From: an uncultured Acidobacteriota bacterium
GTDB taxonomy: Bacteria; Acidobacteriota; Terriglobia; Acidiferrales; UBA7541
Length of the DNA: 64,000 bases
NCBI GenBank assembly: GCA_963838265.1
Contig: CAWIQN010000009.1
Coordinates: 220,487 to 284,486, forward strand
Reading direction: 5' to 3'
Shown: positions 55,851-64,000 of the stretch, one piece after another
Layout of the letters: every line of letters begins with the position of its first letter
Position numbering within the stretch: the first letter of the stretch is position 1
Program-made: the position numbers and the translations under genes
The notes under the pieces: generated by a model
Told to the model about the DNA's origin: nothing
The model's input: only the letters and a program-made list of their open reading frames with translations
Database searches by the model: none

Positions 55851-57710
55851 ATGAGCACCACCGCCGAAAACACCACCACCGCCAACGCCGCAAAATCCCC
55901 CAGCCCCCCGCCGGGCGCAGCGTGGGAGACCCTCGGCGACTTCACCGCCACCACGCGTCTCCTACCCATCTCCGCCCTGGCCATCGCCATCGGCGTAGTC
56001 GCCGCCTTCGTAGCCCTGGCGCTCTTGCGCCTCATTGGACTCTTCACCAACATCTTCTACTACGGTCGCTGGAGCACCGCCCTGGTCTCTCCAGCAGGCA
56101 ATCACTTGGGAATTTTCAGCATGCTGGTCCCCATCGGCGGCGCGCTGATCATCGGCCTGATGGCCCGTTACGGTTCCGAACGCATACGCGGCCACGGCAT
56201 CCCCGAAGCCATCGAAGCCATTCTGATCAACGGCAGCCGCGTCGAACCCAAAGTCGCCTTCCTCAAACCAATCTCTTCCGCAATTTCCATTGGCTCGGGC
56301 GGCCCCTTCGGCGCGGAAGGCCCCATCATCATGACCGGCGGAGCCATCGGCTCCATGATCGCCCAACTTTTCCATCTCACCAGCGCCGAGCGTAAGACGC
56401 TCCTCGTCGCCGGCGCCGCCGCGGGCATGTCCGCTACTTTCGCCGCGCCTCTGGCCTCCGTGCTCCTCGCCGTCGAATTGTTACTCTTTGAATGGAAGCC
56501 CCGCAGCCTCGTTCCCGTCGCGCTAGCCAGCGCCACCGCGGCCATCTTGCGCCGCTATCTTCTCGGCTTTGGCCCGCTTTTCCCGGTGCCCGAACACCCG
56601 CTGTATATCGGCGTTTACGGCTTGCTGGCGTGCGTCCTCGTAGGCGTGCTCGGTGGCGCCTTGTCCGCTCTTCTGACCATTTCTGTGTACGCCGCCGAAG
56701 ATGCTTTCCATCGCTTGCCCATTCACTGGATGTGGTGGCCCATGATCGGCGGCTTGGTAATTGGCTTGGGTGGCCTGATTTTTCCGCAGGCCCTCGGAGT
56801 GGGTTACGACACCATCGGCGCACTGCTTCAGGGCAATGCTACCACCCACATCATCTTGGGCGTCTTGTTCGTAAAACTACTTATCTGGGCCGTCTCGCTC
56901 GGCTCCGGCACTTCCGGTGGCGTGCTCGCTCCGCTCTTAATGATGGGCGGCGCGCTCGGTGGACTAGAAGCCATGTTCCTCCCTCACGAAGGCGCTGGAT
57001 TCTGGCCGCTCATCAGCATGGCCGCCGTCCTCGCCGGCACCATGCGCGCCCCGCTCACCAGCATTATTTTTGCTTTTGAATTAACCCACGACGGAAATGT
57101 TTTCTTGCCGCTGCTCATCGCGGGCGCAGTCGCACACGCCTTCACGGTTCTCACCATGAAGCGCTCCATCCTCACGGAAAAGGTCGCGCGCCGCGGCTAT
57201 CACCTGAGCAGGGAATACGCCGTTGACCCGCTGGAGATTCTTCAGGTCCGCGAGGTGATGCGCACCAATGTGCTCGTTCTCTCCGCAGGCATGACGCTGG
57301 CGGAGTTGCAACAATCCCTCCGCGCCGATCGCCGCGAGAATCAGCGTTTGCTTCCGGTAGTAAATGCCGAAGGGCGTTTCGTCGGTGTGCTCACCCGCGA
57401 TGACCTGCGCAAACGAATCGCCCAAGAAGGCGACGCCGCCATGCACCGCACCCTTGCAGAACTAATCCGGCCAGACACCGTCTCGACCTCTCCCGAAGAA
57501 CCACTCAGAGTTGTCGTTTATCGCATGGCCGAAATGGGTTTCACGCGCATGCCGGTAGTCGAACGCAACACCGGAAAATTTGCCGGCCTCGTATCGCTCC
57601 AGGATCTACTAAAAGCCCGCGAACGCAACCTCCAAGACGAGCGCCGCCGCGACCGCATCCTAACCCTCCGCTTCCTCTCCCCAACACTCAAGCCCCCCAC
57701 CAAACCGTAG
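55851..57710 (+). CDS. ClC chloride channel/transporter family protein with tandem CBS domains
   Basis: GHGIPE, GGPFGAEGP, AAGMSATF.AP, GTSGGVLAP, TEKVARRG, two CBS domains. Confidence 0.9.
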   Translation: MSTTAENTTTANAAKSPSPPPGAAWETLGDFTATTRLLPISALAIAIGVVAAFVALALLRLIGLFTNIFYYGRWSTALVSPAGNHLGIFSMLVPIGGALIIGLMARYGSERIRGHGIPEAIEAILINGSRVEPKVAFLKPISSAISIGSGGPFGAEGPIIMTGGAIGSMIAQLFHLTSAERKTLLVAGAAAGMSATFAAPLASVLLAVELLLFEWKPRSLVPVALASATAAILRRYLLGFGPLFPVPEHPLYIGVYGLLACVLVGVLGGALSALLTISVYAAEDAFHRLPIHWMWWPMIGGLVIGLGGLIFPQALGVGYDTIGALLQGNATTHIILGVLFVKLLIWAVSLGSGTSGGVLAPLLMMGGALGGLEAMFLPHEGAGFWPLISMAAVLAGTMRAPLTSIIFAFELTHDGNVFLPLLIAGAVAHAFTVLTMKRSILTEKVARRGYHLSREYAVDPLEILQVREVMRTNVLVLSAGMTLAELQQSLRADRRENQRLLPVVNAEGRFVGVLTRDDLRKRIAQEGDAAMHRTLAELIRPDTVSTSPEEPLRVVVYRMAEMGFTRMPVVERNTGKFAGLVSLQDLLKARERNLQDERRRDRILTLRFLSPTLKPPTKP

Positions 57711-57888
57711 CCAGTCACGGCTTTCTCGGAGTGCAGTTTACCCTGAGCGCCCTCTGTGAAGCGCGGCGCGACGCCGTTTTACCACGATCCGCCCCACCCA
57801 AATCGCCCCAGAGCACCCGCAACTCGATATCTCCTCTCCGCGCTTGTCCCGACCTCCTCCCGGCATTGGCGCGGGCGCGGGACACCCG

Positions 57889-58821
57889 TTATTGCACTCG
57901 ACTCCAACTGGCATCGGGGTTGAACTCAGTAAGCGCGGCTGCTGTTTCCGCCGTCGTCTTGCCCAAATCCTTCTGCAGCAACTGGCCATCCTGATTGATG
58001 AGGAATGTCATCACCCCCGAATTGCGGTACTCAGCTGGATAGGCGACGAAGGCGAATCCACCGGTCATCTTCCCATCGACCACGTAGTTCTTCGCGCCAC
58101 CTGGAGCGTTACTGCCTTGCTGCGTCAGCATATGGAAGTAATAGCCGTGGAAAGGCACGTGCGAGTCCGGCTTTACGCTATATCCTTCTTTGGTTGCGAA
58201 TGCCGCCAGTGGTCCGAGCGGGCTTTTCGGCTGGCCTTCTTGCGGCTCCCAGTACAGACCGTTCTGCTTGCCAGTGTCACTGATAAATTTCAAAGCGTAC
58301 TGGTTCACGCCATCATGACGCTGTGAGAAATATTCCGCTTGAGCGTCGGCCAGCGCGCCACAAACGGCAATGATGGCCAGTTCATTCCTCCCAATACGAC
58401 GCGCCAAAATCTCTTCCCGGCCTGCACTCGCGTCGAAGTACCACTGTCCTGCGGCATTCTTCTTCAGCGGGATCGGGAAGGCGAAATTGTCCGCACCAAT
58501 TATCAGCATTTGGGATTCGTCAGGCATCTTGCGCCAGCGATGCATCACGCCATAGGCGGTCACAAACAGGGCGGCGGTATTTTTGTCCTGCACGGGATCG
58601 CCGGAGAGAATGATGTCTTTCGAGTCCGGACCAAAAACGGCCAGTACCGTGTTTGGGTCGCCTGACTTTGCCGCAGCCACCAGCCCGTTACCTGCCTCTT
58701 CGGGTGACGCAAATAGTTGGAACGAAGGTTTAGCGGACTTCTGGCAGGCGACGACGGCGATGATTAGTGTCAGAAGGATGAATTGAGCCGAATTAGTGAT
58801 TCTGCGGGTTGTCAGCGGCAT
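57889..58821 (-). CDS. DUF2950 family putative lipoprotein
   Basis: FASPEEA, RRIGRNEL, GLYW, PFHGYYF, AYPAEYRNSGVMTF; lipobox-like VVAC. Start set at 58821. Confidence 0.82.
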   Translation of the reverse strand: MPLTTRRITNSAQFILLTLIIAVVACQKSAKPSFQLFASPEEAGNGLVAAAKSGDPNTVLAVFGPDSKDIILSGDPVQDKNTAALFVTAYGVMHRWRKMPDESQMLIIGADNFAFPIPLKKNAAGQWYFDASAGREEILARRIGRNELAIIAVCGALADAQAEYFSQRHDGVNQYALKFISDTGKQNGLYWEPQEGQPKSPLGPLAAFATKEGYSVKPDSHVPFHGYYFHMLTQQGSNAPGGAKNYVVDGKMTGGFAFVAYPAEYRNSGVMTFLINQDGQLLQKDLGKTTAETAAALTEFNPDASWSRVQ

Positions 58822-58903
58822 ACCTATCCTCCAGATCATCAACTGCAAGAATTTCATCAACAACCCACCAACGTTGACTTCGTTTGCGCCTGTACCGCCG
58901 AGT

Positions 58904-60298
58904 CTACCTACGACCACCCCAGCCACCGCTGCGTCCCATACTTGACGAACCGCGAGCGCTGGCAGCCCTGTTATTCCATCCGCCGCCCCCGCTGCTCATG
59001 GCCGATGACCCACCGCTTTTTTCCTGTCCACCCCAGCCGCTGGAACTGGATTTGTTGTAACTTGACGGACTTCCGCTCTTCTGATTCCAACCGCTGCCCG
59101 TATTGCTATAGGTTTTGCCGTTCGCCGCGGCATACTTGTCGCCATTTGCCGTTTGGCCTACCGCGGCGCTGTTGCCGTTCTTGCCCGTCGCGCCATAAGC
59201 CGAGGCACCGGTCGAGCTGTGCATCTGCCCAGTTGTTCCGTTAGCGTTGGTTTGGTGCTGGCTGTCAACGGTGGTGCCATTTTTCGAAGCGGTCGAGGCT
59301 CCATAGCTGCCATACGCATTGGACCCTTGCACTGTCGAGGCGGAGGCCCCGGTCCTTGGGTTGTACGCTTGACCGGCACTTACGCTGCCGTAGCCGTTTG
59401 AGGCCGTGCCGCCACGCGCGTACGTCCCGGTGGACGGGTTGTAGCCGTTGCTATAATGCGCGGAGCCGTTGGGACCATAGACAGAGCCGCTCGAGCCGTA
59501 ATAGCCGCCGTGCCAAGCATTGTTTCCGTAGTACGCCCCACCGTGGTACACCACCACAGCGGTGCCATGCCAGCCGCAGTTCCAACTGCTATATCCCCAG
59601 GCGCAACAACCACCGCTCAGCATGGCCCCTACCGCAATGCCAACTCCAAACGCCACCACGGCGGTGGTCACAACGGCTGCCGTGCTGTACCCGGGAGTCA
59701 CATACGGGTATCCGTAAACCACCGCCGGGTTGTACACCGGGACATACACGACCTGAGGATTCGCTGGCTGAATTATGATGGTCTGCGGTGACTGCTGCGA
59801 AACAACAATCTGCGGGCTTGATTTCAGATTGCCGGCCGCGAGCGCTTTCGCGCGCAATACCTGCACTGCTGCCATCACATCGGCGGTCTGGGTGTGATAC
59901 GCCTCTCCCAGCGCGGAGGTCCAACTGAGGTTCTGCGCTAAGTTGCCGAGCACAGAAGGGAATTGTGTGAGCGCCTTCACACTGGGATCCCAGGGCTGCG
60001 CATCGACGGCCTGCATCAGAGTCGTGCCCGTCACAGAGCTGTTTTGCTGAAGCCAGCTGGCCGCCGACGCAACCTGGTCTGGGAAGGTCGAAGCACTGAG
60101 AATCTGCGCCACCAGGGCGTCCGGGTAAAGCGCGATGGGTGCCACGAGCTGTTGCACCTCATCCGGAGACAATGGCGCGCCTTGCCCCGAATAATCCGTT
60201 TCACCCGTTTGAGCACCAGCTTCTAGCGGTACGGCGCTCATTACCAGCAGGAACGACAGCGTCGTTGACAAGAGCTGTCTTGTGAAGGTCGTGATCAT
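58904..60298 (-). CDS. DUF3300 family protein with Gly/Ser/Asn-rich tail
   Basis: LVAPIALYPDALVAQIL, WDPSVKAL, VQVLR, IQPANPQVVYVPVYNP. Start set at 60298. Confidence 0.85.
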   Translation of the reverse strand: MITTFTRQLLSTTLSFLLVMSAVPLEAGAQTGETDYSGQGAPLSPDEVQQLVAPIALYPDALVAQILSASTFPDQVASAASWLQQNSSVTGTTLMQAVDAQPWDPSVKALTQFPSVLGNLAQNLSWTSALGEAYHTQTADVMAAVQVLRAKALAAGNLKSSPQIVVSQQSPQTIIIQPANPQVVYVPVYNPAVVYGYPYVTPGYSTAAVVTTAVVAFGVGIAVGAMLSGGCCAWGYSSWNCGWHGTAVVVYHGGAYYGNNAWHGGYYGSSGSVYGPNGSAHYSNGYNPSTGTYARGGTASNGYGSVSAGQAYNPRTGASASTVQGSNAYGSYGASTASKNGTTVDSQHQTNANGTTGQMHSSTGASAYGATGKNGNSAAVGQTANGDKYAAANGKTYSNTGSGWNQKSGSPSSYNKSSSSGWGGQEKSGGSSAMSSGGGGWNNRAASARGSSSMGRSGGWGGRR

Positions 60299-60580
60299 AT
60301 TCTTCTCCTTCAAGCTGCGTAGCTTTTTGTCTTAAGTCGCGCAACCTTGACCGGGTATAGGCACCGCTTCTCAACATCTTCTCTACAGCACGGATGGAAT
60401 TCTGTCTATCGTCAATATTGCCGGTGGCTGTAAAAAGCGAGATTTTCCAGAAACGGCCCAAATCGGCGAATGAACGTGCCGAGACGTTAAGTCTTTTTTG
60501 ATTTTCTGGCTCTTTCTTCGACACCCATGAGCCGCGCATTTAGACGTCGGACTCTAGTTCGCCCTGACAGCCGAAAGCGT

Positions 60581-60798
60581 CCGCCGCCGCACTTGCACGG
60601 CTACTTCGTTTCCCGCCAACGACAGTTCCAACTCACAGCATTACCGAACGGCCGCACCCGCCTCGAAGGCACCACCTGGTACACCGACGCCATCTGGCCC
60701 GCAGCCCCTGGCATCTCTGGTCCGACTACATCGTCCAGCGCATTCACATGCGCGTCCTCGAACACATCAAGCACGAAGTAGAGCCCCCAAGGCCCTAG
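60581..60798 (+). pseudogene. Frameshifted 3' remnant of an SRPBCC-like membrane protein gene
   Basis: PPHLHGYFVSRQ.QF.LTALPNGRTRLEGTTWY..WP continues in another frame as WHLWSDYIVQRIHMRVLEHIK. No 5' part is present. The family call is from recall. Confidence 0.5.
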
Positions 60799-61180
60799 CC
60801 CGCTTTTTTCGGAGCCGGATGGGGACGGAGTTGAAGTAATGGAGTAAGCGGTTTACCACGCGGGCGCCGTTTTCCGTTTGGCCAAGTTTCGAGAGACGGG
60901 GTTCGCCGTGGTTCAGCTTCCGGTTAGGCCGTGTTACGTCCAGAGTCAATCCCAAGCGCGGAGATCACTTCCCACAAGCCGACAATACCAATCCTGGCTC
61001 GATGAGTGACATAGTGATCTCCAAACGCTTGCGTGCTCACTATCTATATGAAGCCCTCAGAGCGGGGCTCGCCGAACTTCAACATCCCCAGACTATGTTG
61101 AGAGCAGATTTCTTAGAGGATTGGCCCCGAAGTGCTTTGAACTTCGCGTCGGCGGCCACTACCCAGGCCCAGGACCCGGC

Positions 61181-61837
61181 TCAAACGCCGGCGAGAGAAA
61201 GTTTTAGCTTCTGCTTGCCGATGGCCCTCAGGCGCGGCAGGAGCACCAAGTCGGCCGCTTCCTCAGCATCTTTGAGGAGCGTCTTGCGCGGCGTGCCCAT
61301 CCGCGCACGCATGGTCAGCCCACGCGCCAAATCCGTGACTTGGATCGCGCGCACGGCTACCGGAAAGTCAGGCGGGATGTCTCCAGCGGTGATCCCGTCC
61401 CGGAAACGGCGCTCCACCAGCGCCGCGCCGCCCGCGACAGTGTCCTGCAGGAACCGCTGAACCTCAGCGTCGTTCACAAGCGGCGCGACGCACACCATCA
61501 GGCAGCCCCGGGCGGACCCTTTCTCGGTCGCACTTTCGACGGCGTACCTCAGAAAGCCCGTGATCGAGTCGCGAAGACTCTGTGGCGAGAGGAGTGCCTT
61601 CGCGGCTGATGCGCCCTTCCGTTCTGCATACGCCTTAAGGACGCGCAAGAATATCGCCCGCTTGTCCCCAAAGACGGCATACAGGCTCGGCCGTCCCACA
61701 CCCATCCCGGCGACGAGATCGTCAATCGTCACTCCGTCGTAGCCTTTCGACCAAAACACCTGAGTCGCCTTTTCCAGCGCCCCCGTCTCGTCGAAGCTGC
61801 GCGGTCGACCCCGCGGCCTAGCGGTCTTCTGAATCAT
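61181..61837 (-). CDS. TetR/AcrR family transcriptional regulator
   Basis: RGRPRSFD, FWSKGYDGVTIDDL..MGV.RPSLYAVFGDK, GCLMV. Confidence 0.9.
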   Translation of the reverse strand: MIQKTARPRGRPRSFDETGALEKATQVFWSKGYDGVTIDDLVAGMGVGRPSLYAVFGDKRAIFLRVLKAYAERKGASAAKALLSPQSLRDSITGFLRYAVESATEKGSARGCLMVCVAPLVNDAEVQRFLQDTVAGGAALVERRFRDGITAGDIPPDFPVAVRAIQVTDLARGLTMRARMGTPRKTLLKDAEEAADLVLLPRLRAIGKQKLKLSLAGV

Positions 61838-61852
61838 TTAGTTCAAAACTCC

Positions 61853-61882
61853 TTGACACTTTCCATCCCACCAATATATAAC
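61853..61882 (+). promoter_or_regulatory. Sigma70-like promoter for the SDR gene, flanked by TAGTTC(A/G)AAA repeats (possible TetR operators)
   Basis: TTGACA at 61853 and TATATA/TATAAC 16-18 bp downstream; TAGTTCAAAA near 61839 and TAGTTCGAAA near 61888. Confidence 0.5.
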
Positions 61883-61964
61883 CGCATAGTTCGAAATTAG
61901 CAAGCTGACTCTGGCCTCGTCGGGCCTCACGACTCGGCCTTCACACTTCACCAGGGAGACGCCC

Positions 61965-62912
61965 ATGGAACATTCGACCGCTCTAGTCACCGGGACTATA
62001 TTAATAACCGGAGCAAATATTGGGCTTGGGAAAGAGACTGCCCGACAGTTAGCCCTAAAAAAAGAAACAAAAAAGGTAATTCTTTTTTGCAGAAATCGAG
62101 CGAGAGCAGAGGCAGCAAAAAAAGACCTTGAGGAGAAAACGGGGGAAAAGATTTTCGAAATTATTATTGGGGATGTTACGGATGCAAATTCTGCAAGAAA
62201 AGCAGTAGAAGAAATAAAGGAACCTATTGATGCAATAGTTTTAAATGCAGGTGGAGTAGTTGGGAAAACGGCTGCGAAATCTACGCCTTCCGGTATGAAT
62301 CAATTAGCTGCTACGAACATTTTAGGTAATGTAATTCTAGCGGAGGAATTAATTAAACGGGACAAGTTAAGGAAAACAGTTCTATCTGTAAGTGCGGAGG
62401 CTGTTCCAGGAGTAAAGATGCTCGGAGTAAAACGAGTTTCAATGAGGACTTCTTCTGTAGCTGAGTTTGCTGCTATTCTTGATGGATCATATTTCGGTAA
62501 TAAGTTCAATGCATTGCAAGCATACGCATATGTCAAGTATGCAGAAACCATGTGGACGTTATCAATGGCAAGAAAATATCCTAAGCTCAAGTTTATTGTT
62601 GTGAGCCCAGGAAATACAAAAGGAACTCAGGCGCCAGATAGTCTTCCCCCGCCAATGCGGTTTATGTTGAAGTTTGTGATGATGCCTATTGTATTCCCGT
62701 TGATGGGCGGAATGGTGCATACGCTGGAAGTAGGTGCAAAACGCTTTGTAGATGCCATTTCGGATGAGCGGTATAAAAGCGGCGTTTTTTATGCCAGTAA
62801 AGAGGGTAAGTTATCGGGGGACATGGTGGACCAGAGCACTTTTTTTACTGATTTGAAAAATACTTCATTTCAAGATAACGCAAACGAAGCAATTCACCAT
62901 TTCATAAATTAG
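61965..62912 (+). CDS. SDR family oxidoreductase, AT-rich, with chimeric 5' end
   Basis: ITGANIGLG, VLNAG, Y.YVK, VSPG; a hand-counted 60-mer at 62041 is 35% GC. Confidence 0.82.
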   Translation: MEHSTALVTGTILITGANIGLGKETARQLALKKETKKVILFCRNRARAEAAKKDLEEKTGEKIFEIIIGDVTDANSARKAVEEIKEPIDAIVLNAGGVVGKTAAKSTPSGMNQLAATNILGNVILAEELIKRDKLRKTVLSVSAEAVPGVKMLGVKRVSMRTSSVAEFAAILDGSYFGNKFNALQAYAYVKYAETMWTLSMARKYPKLKFIVVSPGNTKGTQAPDSLPPPMRFMLKFVMMPIVFPLMGGMVHTLEVGAKRFVDAISDERYKSGVFYASKEGKLSGDMVDQSTFFTDLKNTSFQDNANEAIHHFIN

Positions 62913-63189
62913 GCCTGTTCTTCGCCTCGCCGCCCAAGAAGTTCACCGGCCCAATCGAGGCGATGCGCCACCCACATTTTCACGATCGCGCCAGCCAAGA
63001 AGCCGCGTGGCAGGCCGTCGTCAAGGTCTCTGGCAGCGATTTCTCTTCCGCAGCAACTTGAGAGCGGCGTCCTGCGGTATTGTGAAATAAATAGTTCAAA
63101 AAGGTCTTGACCGCAGCCTCCGCGCCTGATTATCATACCAAACAGTTCAGAATCAGCAAAGCAACCCTGACCTCGCAAGGAGAATACAC

Positions 63190-63933
63190 ATGGAACGTTA
63201 CGAAGGTAAAAAAGTGGTGATCATCGGCGGCACCAGCGGCATGGGGCTCGCAACGGCGAAGATGCTCATGGGTGGCGGTGCGCGCGTCCTGGTGACGGGT
63301 CTCTCGAAGGTCGGCCTGGAATCGGCGCAGAAAGAGCTTGGAAAGGACGCCCTCGTGGTTTCGAGCGACGCGCGTTCGTTGACGGAAATCGACACTCTTG
63401 CCTCTCAAGTGAAGGCCGAGTTCGACACTTTCGACCTGCTCTTCGTCAACGCCGGGTTCAGCATCCGAGCGCCTCTTGAGAGCATGACCGAGGCTGTCTA
63501 CGACGAGATGTTCAACCTGAACGCCAAGGGGCCGCTTTTCGTGATGCAGAAGCTCACGCCGTTAATAAACCGGGGAGGCTCTATCGTCCTCACGACCTCG
63601 ATCGCCAACGTCAAGGGGATGCCCGGCAACGCCGCATACGGAGCCGCCAAGGCCGCGCTGCGATCCTTCGCTCGGACGCTCGCCGCCGAGTTGCTTCCTC
63701 GCGAGATTCGCGTCAACGCGGTGACGCCCGGCCCCATCGACACGCCGATTATCGGCAAAGCGTTTCCCGGCGACGCGGGTGTCCAGATCAGGGAGAAGAT
63801 GATCGGTATGAGTCCGATGAAGCGCTTCGGAACGTCGGAGGAAGTCGCGAAGGCCGTCCTCTTCCTCGCGTTCGACGCGACCTACACGACCGGCGCCGAG
63901 CTTCCGGTAGACGGAGGATGGTCTCAACTCTAA
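63190..63933 (+). CDS. Classical SDR family oxidoreductase
   Basis: IIGGTSGMG, FVNAG, YGAAKAA, VNAVTPGPIDT, TGAELPVDGG. Confidence 0.92.
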   Translation: MERYEGKKVVIIGGTSGMGLATAKMLMGGGARVLVTGLSKVGLESAQKELGKDALVVSSDARSLTEIDTLASQVKAEFDTFDLLFVNAGFSIRAPLESMTEAVYDEMFNLNAKGPLFVMQKLTPLINRGGSIVLTTSIANVKGMPGNAAYGAAKAALRSFARTLAAELLPREIRVNAVTPGPIDTPIIGKAFPGDAGVQIREKMIGMSPMKRFGTSEEVAKAVLFLAFDATYTTGAELPVDGGWSQL

Positions 63934-64000
63934 GGTGGTGGACCGTCCAGGAGGGTAAGCTGGCATCGAGAACGGTCTTCAATGACTCGCGTACAATTGC

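Noticed and set aside
62913-63189. Possible gene or IS fragment between the two SDRs
   Set aside because: No recognisable coding motif or terminal repeat could be supported.

Overview
Bacterial chromosomal window, roughly 60% GC by eye. It is probably from an Acidobacteriota genome; this is inferred from the stand-alone F0 ATP synthase block, the nuo cluster lacking nuoB/nuoI and the repeat style, and was not tested. Left to right it contains: the start of a probable SPFH gene; four secreted hydrolases (CocE/NonD, an amidohydrolase pair, oligopeptidase B); a SYLF protein; glyoxylate shunt aceBA with divergent IclR and two operators; BON, glpQ, rsmA, glgA, trxA, tag; an accessory patch at 18.4-22.9 kb (GGDEF protein, degenerate receivers, small ORFs); purA; moeA-moaC-RR-mogA; proC; atpZ-I-B-E; a stop-interrupted SMI1/KNR4-like gene; nuoA,C,D,E/F-fusion,G,H,J-N; thiS, ribA, an orphan LytS kinase; a Tat-signal vanadium haloperoxidase followed by a WtpA/ModA-type oxyanion ABC transporter; GbsR-DCC1-TIGR01777; ClC; DUF3300/DUF2950; a gene remnant; TetR and two SDRs, one of them AT-rich and chimeric. 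The best candidate for an undescribed system is the haloperoxidase-ABC unit, a possible dedicated vanadate supply route. Also notable are about 10 GTAG-type REP palindromes, two large domains of opposite G/C skew, and a promoter + 15-aa sORF + hairpin at 18.5-18.8 kb. No rRNA, tRNA, CRISPR array or intact transposase was seen. All product calls come from motif recognition by eye, not from database searches.
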